A program made the translations under genes and the position numbers. This document shows positions 54,310 to 63,725 of a stretch of 64,000 bases of DNA, in pieces. The DNA is from a virus: IMG/VR virus record IMGVR_UViG_3300045988_144476. The stretch is one strand, 5' to 3'. The notes beneath the pieces were generated by a model. That model was not told where the DNA came from and did no database searches. It saw only the letters and a program-made list of their open reading frames with translations. The first letter of the stretch is position 1; every line of letters begins with the position of its first letter.

Positions 54310-57174
54310 TTAAACCAACTTTTTTTTTGAATTCGTGTAATTTTTGCGGAAATTTTGAAGGAATGCATCTTTATCCATATTGTAAAGAAGATTAAGCAAG
54401 TTACGTGTATACCGAATGTATTCTTTAGCTTTACCTCGATTACTGGTATTTAAAGCAATTTCAATAAGTCTGCTCATTGTTTTTGGATTTTTTATTTTCA
54501 TTTTACGTAAATCTTTAAGAATTTCATCAAATCTTTGAGTATATGCTATAATATCGTCATCTGACATATTATCTTTACTCAATAACTCTAATTCTTTAGC
54601 ATATCCTATAATTTTATCCATTTGTCTTCGATTAGCATCGCCAGAAACTTTTATAATAAAATCTTTCGTAGGAGTAGAATTTTTAGAAGAGATAGGTTTA
54701 ATCTCATTTATTACAATCTGCAGAGCATTCATAGGACATATATAATAGGAAGAAATTCTGTTATTGAGCTTGTCAACCTGTTGCATAACTTCTTCTTTTT
54801 CAAGTTCTTTACCGTTCTTTGTATATGAAATTTTCCTTGTATATCTCATAAACTCTGGAAAATCAATTTTCTGTTTCTTGGTATTGCCATCTTCATCAAC
54901 ATATTCCCTATACCGATTCATGCATTCCATTCTTTTGATTCTCTTTATTTCATCAAGAGCGTCAACTTCATATTCTCTTTTGCAACCATCAATTATAACT
55001 TGGGCAAGAACAGAAAGAATAACGAAGTTATCGTATAATTCCCTTGTAGGTTCAGTCCAATAATATGTCATAGCAAGCTGTGCTAAATTACTAGATTCAC
55101 CAATACCAATTCTAGATTTTGCAAATTTATTATCCATACGAGCGTACTCTTTGAGTGTATTCTTATATGTAAGGCCGCTTTCTTTAAGCTTATTTACAAT
55201 AGTAGGATATTTTTGATATGCAATTTTTGCACTTTGTACCATTACATCATTATTAGTAACAAAAAAGAAATCTGAATCAAAATCACATCCATTAGCACGA
55301 TCCTGGATATCAGTATGGATACAATTTACAAACATGATATTGTTACTAATATTAAAATATCGCTTAAATCTATCATCATAGTGATTATGTAAGTAGCAAA
55401 TATTATTAGGACTATTATGAGGGTTTCTGATACCACACAAATATTCACCATCATCAAATCTTTTGGTATATACCTGAATTACGCCATCTTCATGTTTAAA
55501 AGTTGGATCGTCATCCGGATTTTCTCCTACAGCTTTCATTAAAAGAGCATAAGGATTTCCAAAAATAGTTAAGTTATCTCCATTTATAGTAATTTTACCG
55601 GTACGAAGTTTATTTACATATTGATTTATAATTTTTCTTTTTTCAAATCTAAACCATGTACTTTCTGCAAATTCATTGTTCCAATTATACAAATCTGCCA
55701 GCATTTCATAGTGATTCACTACATTTGCATTTTTTCTCAGATAATCAACATAAATACCATTGTCAACTTTCATAGATTCAACATAATCAACACTTTTTTT
55801 AGCTAATTTACGAATTTCATTTACATAGCAGCATGGAAGAATATCATCTTTATAAGAAGGAAGAGTATTAACCATTTGATAGCTCATCTGTTGCACATTA
55901 CCTAATTTACTTGGATGATCGGTTTTAACTATCCCCCAGTAGGATCCATCAGCATTAACTCTATCACACCAATATTTATAGGCATCTGCAGGTGTTTTAC
56001 CCATCAAATTCATGAATTTCTTCCATTTAATAGCATTATCTGTTGTAATCATCTTAATATCTTTCAATTTATGTAAAATACCAAACATATCCTTTACTTC
56101 ATATGTTTCGTAATCATACCCATGTTCAGCACACCAATCTTTTAAAAATAACTGTATTTCACATCGAATAGCACATGCTTTAAAGAAATGTTCTCTCAAA
56201 AGTGCCATTCCATTCACCCATGATGGAAGAATAGAAGACTCTGCAAGCATCTCACCATCAAATAAAGTATTTTTTACCTCAGTTTCCTCATCATGAACGA
56301 CACATTTTTTCTTAATTACCGGAATTGTTTTATATCTTCTGGTATATTTCGGAGTAACGCCATCTTTAAGAAATTTCTTTTCCTTAATAGCCTTTTGTCT
56401 AGCAGCTTCAGTAGCTTCTTCATCAAGAACACGTTCATAATCTGTATATTCTTCAGCTGAAACAATCTTAGCCATCGTTTTAAAAAAACTGTCATGATCC
56501 TTAAGAATTAAAATATCTTCAACAGGACAATGAAATTTCCCTACAATAGTAGAAGTAGTAAGCGGAGCATAAGCTGACATTTCAACAATTTTCGCATCGT
56601 CAATAGGCATTTTGTCTCCAAGTCCCATAGTGAGCCAATCATATGCCTTTTTGTATAATTTACTATTAATAAACATTACCTGGCCAATTTTAGCCTTTGA
56701 AGAATTTCGGTAAAGCATTTTATAATTAATTTTCTGTACCTTTTCTTCATTTTTCTTAGAGTATTTGGTCCGGTATGTAACATCTATACCATTTTCATAG
56801 AATAATTCTCTAATTTCATCTTTGGACATTTTTAGATAATTATCCTTATTAGCCTGTACATTTTCAAATATTTGTTTAATTCTTTCTTTTGATTCCTTTG
56901 TAAGAGAAGCATCTTCCTCATATCCTTTAAATTGTTTCCTTAAATGAGTAATTTCTTCTTCATAGCTGCGACTACCAAAATTAAAATCAAGACAGATAAT
57001 ATCTCTTGTACTTGTATCATTCCATATATTTAAACCATGTTCTTTTATCCAGTCTGAGAATAAACTGTTACTGAACATAGCATCAGTAAAATCAAATCTT
57101 TCACGAACACCCTGATTATTTCCAAAGAGAGTGCCGGCTTTTATATTTTTTATTTTTAATCCAAATTCTGACAA
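54310..57174 (-). CDS. YonO-like / RdRP-fold single-subunit two-barrel RNA polymerase (954 aa)
   Basis: Ordered motifs SAYAPLTTSTIVG, ILILKDHDSFF, LFDGEMLAESS, GIRNPHNSPNNI and the metal-binding-like NGCDFDSDFFFV (DxDxD). This is the pattern of eukaryotic-type RdRP and SPbeta YonO. TTG start 5 nt after GGAGGTG. Confidence 0.65.
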   Translation of the reverse strand: MSEFGLKIKNIKAGTLFGNNQGVRERFDFTDAMFSNSLFSDWIKEHGLNIWNDTSTRDIICLDFNFGSRSYEEEITHLRKQFKGYEEDASLTKESKERIKQIFENVQANKDNYLKMSKDEIRELFYENGIDVTYRTKYSKKNEEKVQKINYKMLYRNSSKAKIGQVMFINSKLYKKAYDWLTMGLGDKMPIDDAKIVEMSAYAPLTTSTIVGKFHCPVEDILILKDHDSFFKTMAKIVSAEEYTDYERVLDEEATEAARQKAIKEKKFLKDGVTPKYTRRYKTIPVIKKKCVVHDEETEVKNTLFDGEMLAESSILPSWVNGMALLREHFFKACAIRCEIQLFLKDWCAEHGYDYETYEVKDMFGILHKLKDIKMITTDNAIKWKKFMNLMGKTPADAYKYWCDRVNADGSYWGIVKTDHPSKLGNVQQMSYQMVNTLPSYKDDILPCCYVNEIRKLAKKSVDYVESMKVDNGIYVDYLRKNANVVNHYEMLADLYNWNNEFAESTWFRFEKRKIINQYVNKLRTGKITINGDNLTIFGNPYALLMKAVGENPDDDPTFKHEDGVIQVYTKRFDDGEYLCGIRNPHNSPNNICYLHNHYDDRFKRYFNISNNIMFVNCIHTDIQDRANGCDFDSDFFFVTNNDVMVQSAKIAYQKYPTIVNKLKESGLTYKNTLKEYARMDNKFAKSRIGIGESSNLAQLAMTYYWTEPTRELYDNFVILSVLAQVIIDGCKREYEVDALDEIKRIKRMECMNRYREYVDEDGNTKKQKIDFPEFMRYTRKISYTKNGKELEKEEVMQQVDKLNNRISSYYICPMNALQIVINEIKPISSKNSTPTKDFIIKVSGDANRRQMDKIIGYAKELELLSKDNMSDDDIIAYTQRFDEILKDLRKMKIKNPKTMSRLIEIALNTSNRGKAKEYIRYTRNLLNLLYNMDKDAFLQNFRKNYTNSKKKLV

Positions 57175-57186
57175 ACAAACACCTCC

Positions 57187-58920
57187 TTAAAATGGAATTA
57201 GCGTATTATTATATTCTCGTGTAGACATAACTATATTATTGTCAGAATTAGTTGATGAAATGCTTCTATTAATTGATGAAACACTGTGATGGAAACGTGA
57301 ACGTGTATATCTGCCATAATCTTCCATAAATTGTTTTAAAACCTTTTTATCTTTATTTTTAATTTTATCAGATTCGCATTTCTTTAACTGTTTCTGCAAA
57401 TTACTTAATTGTCTATTACTACTAAGTGTACCTAATGGTCCACCAATTTTCATTTTTATATCTTTCTTTTTACGTTCAATCTCTTTTTTAAGAAATTCAA
57501 TTTTCTTATCCAAATCTTCATTTATCATTTTTTCAAAAGCTTTATTATATCTATCGATGTAATATTGCTGAAGATCTTTGGAGAATGTCTTCATCAGATC
57601 ATTCCATGTCATTTTCTCAATTTCTTCTATATTAATAGATTTAGCAAAATCAATAATATCTTTCACGAACTCAAGAGTAAGTAAAAATGTCTCATATTTT
57701 AAAGTACTTTTGAACATTCTAAATTCAATGGTGTCTTTGTGCTGTAAGTTTAACGCAGCTTTTTTACCGGTATTATCATACTTTGCAAGCAGATTAAGAA
57801 CCGTATCTTCTTTACAACGATCACCCACAAATTGACTATAATCCGTATTTCTTCTTCCAATAACACAAATATTGTCGTTAAATTTCTCAATAATATACAA
57901 TATTTTAGAAATTACCAGATCCTGCTGCATTTTGGTTTTACCTAAATAATCTCTATTTGCATGAATATGTAAGCCTGCAGTATTACAATCATGTCCTTTA
58001 TAACCCATTTCATCAAGATATTTAAACATTTCTTTGTAGTTCATCTTGTTTTTATGATATTCTAAGCTACAAGGCATAGTATCAAGTTCAATTTGAACCG
58101 TACCATCATGAGTACTATATATAAGATCTTCTTTATCAGACTCAGATCCATTCATTATTTGAATACATCTCTTTACAACTGATTGTTTATTATTAGAATC
58201 TACTTCTGGTTTATTTCCACCAACTTCTATTTCTGCTCCAAGTAGAAGAGTAGTACGTTTATTTTCGTGGTCCATAAAATGTTTAATATATTCTGGCGTA
58301 TAATTATATTCATGAATATAGTATTTTTTATTACAATTATTTATCATAGCAGTTCGTAACATTGATGCACTGTAATCTATAAAAAAATCATTAGCATAAG
58401 AAGATGAAGCACTAACTGATTCTATTAGACGATCTAAGCCCCTATCATTTACAACATTCCCATTAGTATCTACTTTTCTATATCCGATTAATTCACATCT
58501 ATTACATTCTGCATTAAAATATACATTATCATTAGATAGACTATTTAATCTGTGTTGTGATACAAGTTTTCTAGATACTTCATACGTATCGGTATTTAGT
58601 CTGCTACAGAACCAATTATAAAATAAATTAAAATTATAAATAATTCGACAATCAAATCTATGCCAGCCAGAATCATCGCAATATGAAACAGTTGCGGTAT
58701 CTATATCTGTATAATTCGATAGTGCTATTCTTACTTTTTCAGCTAATTCACGCATATTAAATTCAATTGCATAATCATTACATTCAAAAATAATACAATC
58801 TCCAAAACTATTATTTGTATAAATACATCTTATATTTGTAACAAAATAATTATCTACAACAAATGGATCCTGAAGACTAATAGTATGTCCGTCAATCTCT
58901 ATATCAGGTAATAATTTCAT
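57187..58920 (-). CDS. amidoligase-like enzyme (glutamine-synthetase-like COOH-NH2 ligase, Amidoligase_2-like) with a basic coiled-coil C-terminus
   Basis: GAEIEVGG, HDGTVQIELDTMP, TAGLHIHAN and DTIEFRMFKSTL in the family order. Confidence 0.55.
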   Translation of the reverse strand: MKLLPDIEIDGHTISLQDPFVVDNYFVTNIRCIYTNNSFGDCIIFECNDYAIEFNMRELAEKVRIALSNYTDIDTATVSYCDDSGWHRFDCRIIYNFNLFYNWFCSRLNTDTYEVSRKLVSQHRLNSLSNDNVYFNAECNRCELIGYRKVDTNGNVVNDRGLDRLIESVSASSSYANDFFIDYSASMLRTAMINNCNKKYYIHEYNYTPEYIKHFMDHENKRTTLLLGAEIEVGGNKPEVDSNNKQSVVKRCIQIMNGSESDKEDLIYSTHDGTVQIELDTMPCSLEYHKNKMNYKEMFKYLDEMGYKGHDCNTAGLHIHANRDYLGKTKMQQDLVISKILYIIEKFNDNICVIGRRNTDYSQFVGDRCKEDTVLNLLAKYDNTGKKAALNLQHKDTIEFRMFKSTLKYETFLLTLEFVKDIIDFAKSINIEEIEKMTWNDLMKTFSKDLQQYYIDRYNKAFEKMINEDLDKKIEFLKKEIERKKKDIKMKIGGPLGTLSSNRQLSNLQKQLKKCESDKIKNKDKKVLKQFMEDYGRYTRSRFHHSVSSINRSISSTNSDNNIVMSTREYNNTLIPF

Positions 58921-59255
58921 TCTGAACTTCCTTTCATAGTATTATTTTTGATTGATCTATCGTGTTCAACTCTACTTACATCATCTAACGCAGCACATGT
59001 TTGTGTATAAGGATTTTCAAATGTAATAGGAATTTCTTTAACTGTAGGCGGTATATTAAGCGGTACCGGAGATCCATTAGGTATTCCAGGTGTACATGGA
59101 GTAGGAGTCCATGTTACTTTATTTTTCTGTCCATCTTCAACTCCAGCGTTATATATTTCCTGAAAAATTTCTTCTAATCTATGTTTTTTAATTGTTACGC
59201 TATTATTTGGATCATTTACAGCAGGTTCAAAATCATAAAATATTAAAGGTTTCAT
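58917..59255 (-). CDS. hypothetical protein (112 aa)
   Basis: 4-nt overlaps on both sides, indicating translational coupling. Confidence 0.65.
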   Translation of the reverse strand: MKPLIFYDFEPAVNDPNNSVTIKKHRLEEIFQEIYNAGVEDGQKNKVTWTPTPCTPGIPNGSPVPLNIPPTVKEIPITFENPYTQTCAALDDVSRVEHDRSIKNNTMKGSSE

Positions 59256-59674
59256 TCCATTTCCTCCTTAATCGGTGTTCTTTTTTCGCTTACAGTTATA
59301 AATGTGCCTTTATTTAAATCAACTAAATATTCATATGAATAAATAACGCCTACTTCTTTATATTCATCAAATATTGTAAGTAAATTTACATTATCTTCAT
59401 GCTCCTGGAACACAGGATTATGTAATCTTAAATTATAAAATTTATAACACTTAAGATTAATAAAAATTGAAGTATAAGAGACATAAGAGTTGCATATATC
59501 TTCTACACCCGATTCATAAGTGATTCTTTTATTAAAATCGTAATTTTTCATTATATTAACAATTTTTAAAATACTATCCTGTGTATTCTTTAATTCTTTT
59601 TGTAATTTGTCTATTTTGTCATATAATTCTTCATATTCACTTTTCTTATTCCAAAACATATTATTCCCCCACAT
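59252..59674 (-). CDS. hypothetical protein (140 aa)
   Basis: Overlaps its neighbours within the operon. Confidence 0.65.
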   Translation of the reverse strand: MWGNNMFWNKKSEYEELYDKIDKLQKELKNTQDSILKIVNIMKNYDFNKRITYESGVEDICNSYVSYTSIFINLKCYKFYNLRLHNPVFQEHEDNVNLLTIFDEYKEVGVIYSYEYLVDLNKGTFITVSEKRTPIKEEME

Positions 59675-60494
59675 ATACTAATTTATTTATATATTCTCTA
59701 CCTTCATTCCGAAATACAGGAATTTGAACATCTATACGCCAATAATCACCACTATAATTCTTAACGCAACAAATTCCACGTTGTTTATGTGTTTCAAAAT
59801 CATTATCAAAATCAATATTTTTCTGCTTATGTAACATTTCTTTAATATCAGCAGTATTTTTATTCTGCAGTTCTTTCTGAGAAAAATTAGCCTGACCAAC
59901 CATCTGAATTGAATTACGAATACAATCCTGCTGTCTCCAGAAAAAATAATTAGTGACTTCATCTTTAGAGAGATTAAAACATCTGGAGTCAAAACCTTTA
60001 TACTTAACTTCAATTGCATTACTTAAATAATTAATATAAGTGAGATCTTCCTGATGCTGATTAATAAGCCATTGATTGGTACATCCCATATCCCAATTAG
60101 GAATATTTTTATAACCAAATTTCTCAATATTGTTCTCAAATACTTCTTTGAACCTAATAGTAGCTAGAGCAGCAGAGGTACTAACTATTTTCTGAATACG
60201 ATTATCAAACCAAGGTTGAGTATCAAAATCTTTATAATCAATAAGAAGTAATGAGATTTCATCAGACTGAGTATATGCAATAACACAATTCTGTACATTC
60301 TTACATAAATACAAAGCAGTCTGTTGCATAGAATTAATCAAAATATCATCAAATGGCCTCTTGAATCCTCTTGTAAAACTATGAAATCTGCGGCCATCAA
60401 GTCTAATGATTACCGGCATTCTCCGGATCAACTTCTGGTCCGTGACTTTTTCGTAGCTTTTCATTCTGATATCTAAATCTGTGTATACTGGCAT
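59661..60494 (-). CDS. Thg1-like protein (tRNA-His guanylyltransferase family, 3'-5' nucleotidyltransferase)
   Basis: IIRLDGRRFHSFTRGFKRPFDD...IAYTQSDEISLLL matches the Thg1 N-terminal catalytic motifs. RBS AAGGAGAG. Confidence 0.8.
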   Translation of the reverse strand: MPVYTDLDIRMKSYEKVTDQKLIRRMPVIIRLDGRRFHSFTRGFKRPFDDILINSMQQTALYLCKNVQNCVIAYTQSDEISLLLIDYKDFDTQPWFDNRIQKIVSTSAALATIRFKEVFENNIEKFGYKNIPNWDMGCTNQWLINQHQEDLTYINYLSNAIEVKYKGFDSRCFNLSKDEVTNYFFWRQQDCIRNSIQMVGQANFSQKELQNKNTADIKEMLHKQKNIDFDNDFETHKQRGICCVKNYSGDYWRIDVQIPVFRNEGREYINKLVYVGE

Positions 60495-60497
60495 TGT

Positions 60498-60824
60498 TTA
60501 ACTCTCCTTATCTGATTTTCCTAAAATTTTTTCAACAGAATGTGTACATTGATGAGTAACTTCAATAAAATCATTATTGTCTAATTCATTCTGACAATTC
60601 CTAAAGAATTTATTATAAATTTCATTTACACATTCTTTACTACAGCAATCAAGAGGTCTATCTTGATTCCAATTGTCATTTTTATCTACTTTTGTTATGG
60701 ATATCATCCAATAATGCTGCGGAATCTTCATTTTACGTCCACATACATCACAAACATAAGTATGATCAACAAGCACACGCTGTATCACTTGGCGTTCTTC
60801 AAATTTGTTTTCAATCATATGCAA
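60498..60824 (-). CDS. hypothetical Cys-containing protein (108 aa)
   Basis: CDVCG...CCSKEC. Tightly packed with neighbours. Confidence 0.6.
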   Translation of the reverse strand: MHMIENKFEERQVIQRVLVDHTYVCDVCGRKMKIPQHYWMISITKVDKNDNWNQDRPLDCCSKECVNEIYNKFFRNCQNELDNNDFIEVTHQCTHSVEKILGKSDKES

Positions 60825-61105
60825 CCCCCACTTACAATTACAGTAAGTCCATTCTTTATTCCTTTTTCTGGATTAGACCATTCTTCTGATTTAATAACTT
60901 CTTTATCTGAGTCATAAATACCCCCGTCAAGAGTAATTATCTTCCCTGATTCAGTTCTAAATGCTCCTGCAAATACATCTTTTTGTTCATCTGCAGAAGG
61001 AATAGTAACTCTATATTCAACATAGTCGTAGTCTTTGTTTTTTATAAGATCTCCTATAGTAGGATAAGATTCTTCATTCTTAATCATCGTTTTTATCCTT
61101 ATCAA
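60815..61105 (-). CDS. hypothetical protein (96 aa)
   Basis: Part of the overlapping operon arrangement. Confidence 0.6.
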   Translation of the reverse strand: MIRIKTMIKNEESYPTIGDLIKNKDYDYVEYRVTIPSADEQKDVFAGAFRTESGKIITLDGGIYDSDKEVIKSEEWSNPEKGIKNGLTVIVSGGCI

Positions 61106-61397
61106 TCTCTAATACGATTTTTCTGTATTCTGCTGATGTTATTTTCCCAAGCTTCATATTTATATAATCACTAAAATGCTCATCTCTAAATTTTGTATTA
61201 TACTGTATATCGTTACATAACTCTCTTATGTCTGATATAGCTTCTTGAGAATCCATATCACATTTACTCACATGGAGGCATATTTCACCGACTCCAAAAT
61301 AAAGGTGATAAAGCTGATCAATTATATAAATAAGCTGTTCTTTATCAAGTTTCTCTAGGTTTCTTTTAATACTTTTTCTCATAGTGTATCTATCCAA
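61080..61397 (-). CDS. hypothetical protein (105 aa)
   Basis: Part of the overlapping operon arrangement. Confidence 0.6.
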   Translation of the reverse strand: MDRYTMRKSIKRNLEKLDKEQLIYIIDQLYHLYFGVGEICLHVSKCDMDSQEAISDIRELCNDIQYNTKFRDEHFSDYINMKLGKITSAEYRKIVLEIDKDKNDD

Positions 61398-61666
61398 TCT
61401 TTTAACTCATATACATCAAATTCTGTAATATTCTCAACATCTGGATGATAGAAGAAGAGCGAACTATCATTAGTACCAGCATTAAAAGTCTGTTCCATGA
61501 GTGATAGGATGTTTTCAACACCGAGAGAGTATGCAGCTCTCTCAGTGTCAGTCATGTTTTTAGTTATATCTTTATTATTATTTAATGCTTCTTTAAATGT
61601 TTTTGTGTTGAATCCCCAGAAGGATATATCTTCCATATCTGTCTTGTCTAGTCTTTTGAATCCCAT
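61379..61666 (-). CDS. hypothetical protein (95 aa)
   Basis: RBS GTGAGGT. Motif copy B lies immediately upstream. Confidence 0.6.
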   Translation of the reverse strand: MGFKRLDKTDMEDISFWGFNTKTFKEALNNNKDITKNMTDTERAAYSLGVENILSLMEQTFNAGTNDSSLFFYHPDVENITEFDVYELKDWIDTL

Positions 61667-61681
61667 TACTTAATACCTCAC

Positions 61682-61696
61682 TGATTAAAACATTAG
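61682..61696. repeat. intergenic motif TGATTAAAACATTAG, copy B
   Basis: Lies between the Bro-N gene stop and the next RBS. Confidence 0.7.
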
Positions 61697-62838
61697 TTTA
61701 AATTAATGCTGTCGAAATCAATTTCACGAGCATCATACATCTGCTGAATAAGAGCTTCATAGTCAGATTTAAAAAGCTTAACAGCGAGGTCAAAAAGTTC
61801 ATTTATCATTCCAAGATGAAGATCGATAAATTCCATCTGAGACTTACACATTGGAGTGTGAGTGACGTTGTACTTATTCATGCGGGCTTTTACATTCATA
61901 TGGTATACATTATCAAATTCTCTGTAGAGAACCATCCATCTCAGACCAAAGTTTGTTCCAGGGAATCGAATCAATCTGTTAATCAGCATACGTTTTGTAG
62001 CGATAGGAACATCTTTTGTATAAGCATCAAGAGCCTTCTGGAAATCTTTGATATCCTGTTTCTGGGTTTCAATGATGACTTTCTGCTTGCGAATTGTCTT
62101 ATTTTGCTGATCAAGTGCCTGCAGATTCAGTTTAAATAGATTTTTATAATTTTCGTCTAAGAACGGCATGTATGTATCAATAAATAAGTCTTCTTGACCC
62201 TGGTTAATATAACCCCCGGTCTTACGAATAGTTTTCAGGATTTCTTTTACTTTCTTCTTGAATTCTTTTGCTTTAGGCTTACGTGAAAGCATCAGTACTT
62301 CGTAGAGGCCATTTTCAGTGAGGAACCATGCTTCTGTCTGGTAATTTGAACCGGTCGGAATAATCTTCCGAGTGGTTTTTTCATCTTCGTCTACATTAGC
62401 GAGCATTTTGTTTACAGAAGAAATATTATAATCAATCCACTCAGCCACATCTTTTGCTAAAAATAACGGTTCTTCCGGTGTCCCGAATACACGGACTGTC
62501 TTTTCAAGGAATGATTCTTCACGAAGAAGTGAGAGTGATGTAGATGTTGCTTCTACGGTAATTTTCTTCTCGGCTGCTGCTTTCTCAGCTGCTTCTTCAG
62601 CATCAAGTTCAGCAATAACATCCTGTGGTGTTTTGGAATGTTCTTCAATATCTCTAAGAGCCTGGCGAGGATCCGCATAAGCTGGAGCCTTTTTTGTTGG
62701 GGCAGTAGCAATTTTCTTCATATCTTCAAAGTCATGTGCAAGCATTTCGTCCATAGAAGAGTAAAATGCCCGTGCTACTTTGTCAGTTGCTTTTTCTGTA
62801 CTTGTAATCATCGTTGTGTCTGTGTTTTTTGTTTTCAT
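61693..62838 (-). CDS. Bro-N domain antirepressor-like protein (381 aa)
   Basis: VRVFGTPEEPLFLAKDVAEWIDY...ENGLYEVLMLSRKPKAKEFKKKVKEILKTIRKTG is a typical Bro-N signature. Confidence 0.8.
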   Translation of the reverse strand: MKTKNTDTTMITSTEKATDKVARAFYSSMDEMLAHDFEDMKKIATAPTKKAPAYADPRQALRDIEEHSKTPQDVIAELDAEEAAEKAAAEKKITVEATSTSLSLLREESFLEKTVRVFGTPEEPLFLAKDVAEWIDYNISSVNKMLANVDEDEKTTRKIIPTGSNYQTEAWFLTENGLYEVLMLSRKPKAKEFKKKVKEILKTIRKTGGYINQGQEDLFIDTYMPFLDENYKNLFKLNLQALDQQNKTIRKQKVIIETQKQDIKDFQKALDAYTKDVPIATKRMLINRLIRFPGTNFGLRWMVLYREFDNVYHMNVKARMNKYNVTHTPMCKSQMEFIDLHLGMINELFDLAVKLFKSDYEALIQQMYDAREIDFDSINLN

Positions 62839-62872
62839 TTTAGTTTTCTCCTTTTAAATTACACTGTTAAAA

Positions 62873-62887
62873 TTGATTAAAACATTA
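62873..62887. repeat. intergenic motif TTGATTAAAACATTA, copy C
   Basis: Lies in the 5' leader of the Bro-N gene. Confidence 0.7.
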
Positions 62888-63007
62888 TTTATAAAGATTT
62901 TTTAAATCAGCTTTTATGTAGTTGGTATTTCTACTACATAATTGTCAAATGTTAAATCTGGAGATGTAAGTAGTGATTTAATCAAATAACCGTTGCTGAT
63001 TGTTTGT

Positions 63008-63036
63008 AGTATATCACTGAAAAATGAGGATGTCAA
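63008..63036 (-). promoter_or_regulatory. sigma-70-like promoter for the leftward early operon
   Basis: Minus strand reads TTGACA-17 nt-TATACT. Motif copy D lies about 25 nt upstream. Confidence 0.6.
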
Positions 63037-63061
63037 TAGGCTTTTTAAATAATATGCTAGG

Positions 63062-63077
63062 TTGATTAAAACATTAG
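63062..63077. repeat. intergenic motif TTGATTAAAACATTAG, copy D
   Basis: Lies just upstream of the -35 of the leftward promoter. Confidence 0.7.
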
Positions 63078-63725
63078 AATAAGGAATTTAATACATCTAA
63101 TAGGAAGAAAGTGCTATTTGGATGAAAGTGTTAAGGTGATTTTTGCGATGATGGGATCGATGGAGGGGAGAAAATTAGAGATGAGGTGATTGCTGGATTT
63201 CTGGTTAGTGTAGAAGTATACCGGCTTAGGAAAAATGACTGACAATTTCGACGTTTTGCAGTCAAAAGCACCCCCTATACGATTATTAATCATGTTTAAC
63301 ACGCCTAAAACCCTCTGTTTATGCGGGTTTGCGGACTTTTCTAAATTTTTTTAAAAATTGCAAAAATGGTATAGTACTATAATATGAGTATGGTATTCTA
63401 TGCTTGTCCGAGGGGGACGTTAAACACTTATGTCCAAGCAAGTAATATCGTACATTGACAAGCAATTGAAATATGGCAAGTATCACGCATAGAGTACCTT
63501 TTATGGACTTTAGCGTATCTCTTTAGAACGCTGTGAAAAAACCATAAAGTAGACGAACATACAAGATAGAAAAGTCTAGTTCCGATTAGACAAATTGTTT
63601 TTTTCTTCCTTGTCATCTTGCCACCGTGCATTGAAAATTTTCAGTGTAGGGTGGTGGGATGAACACCAAACTAACAATATTATTTTGGTACTCGTAAACC
63701 ATATTGCGAGAGAAAAGGGGAAAAT

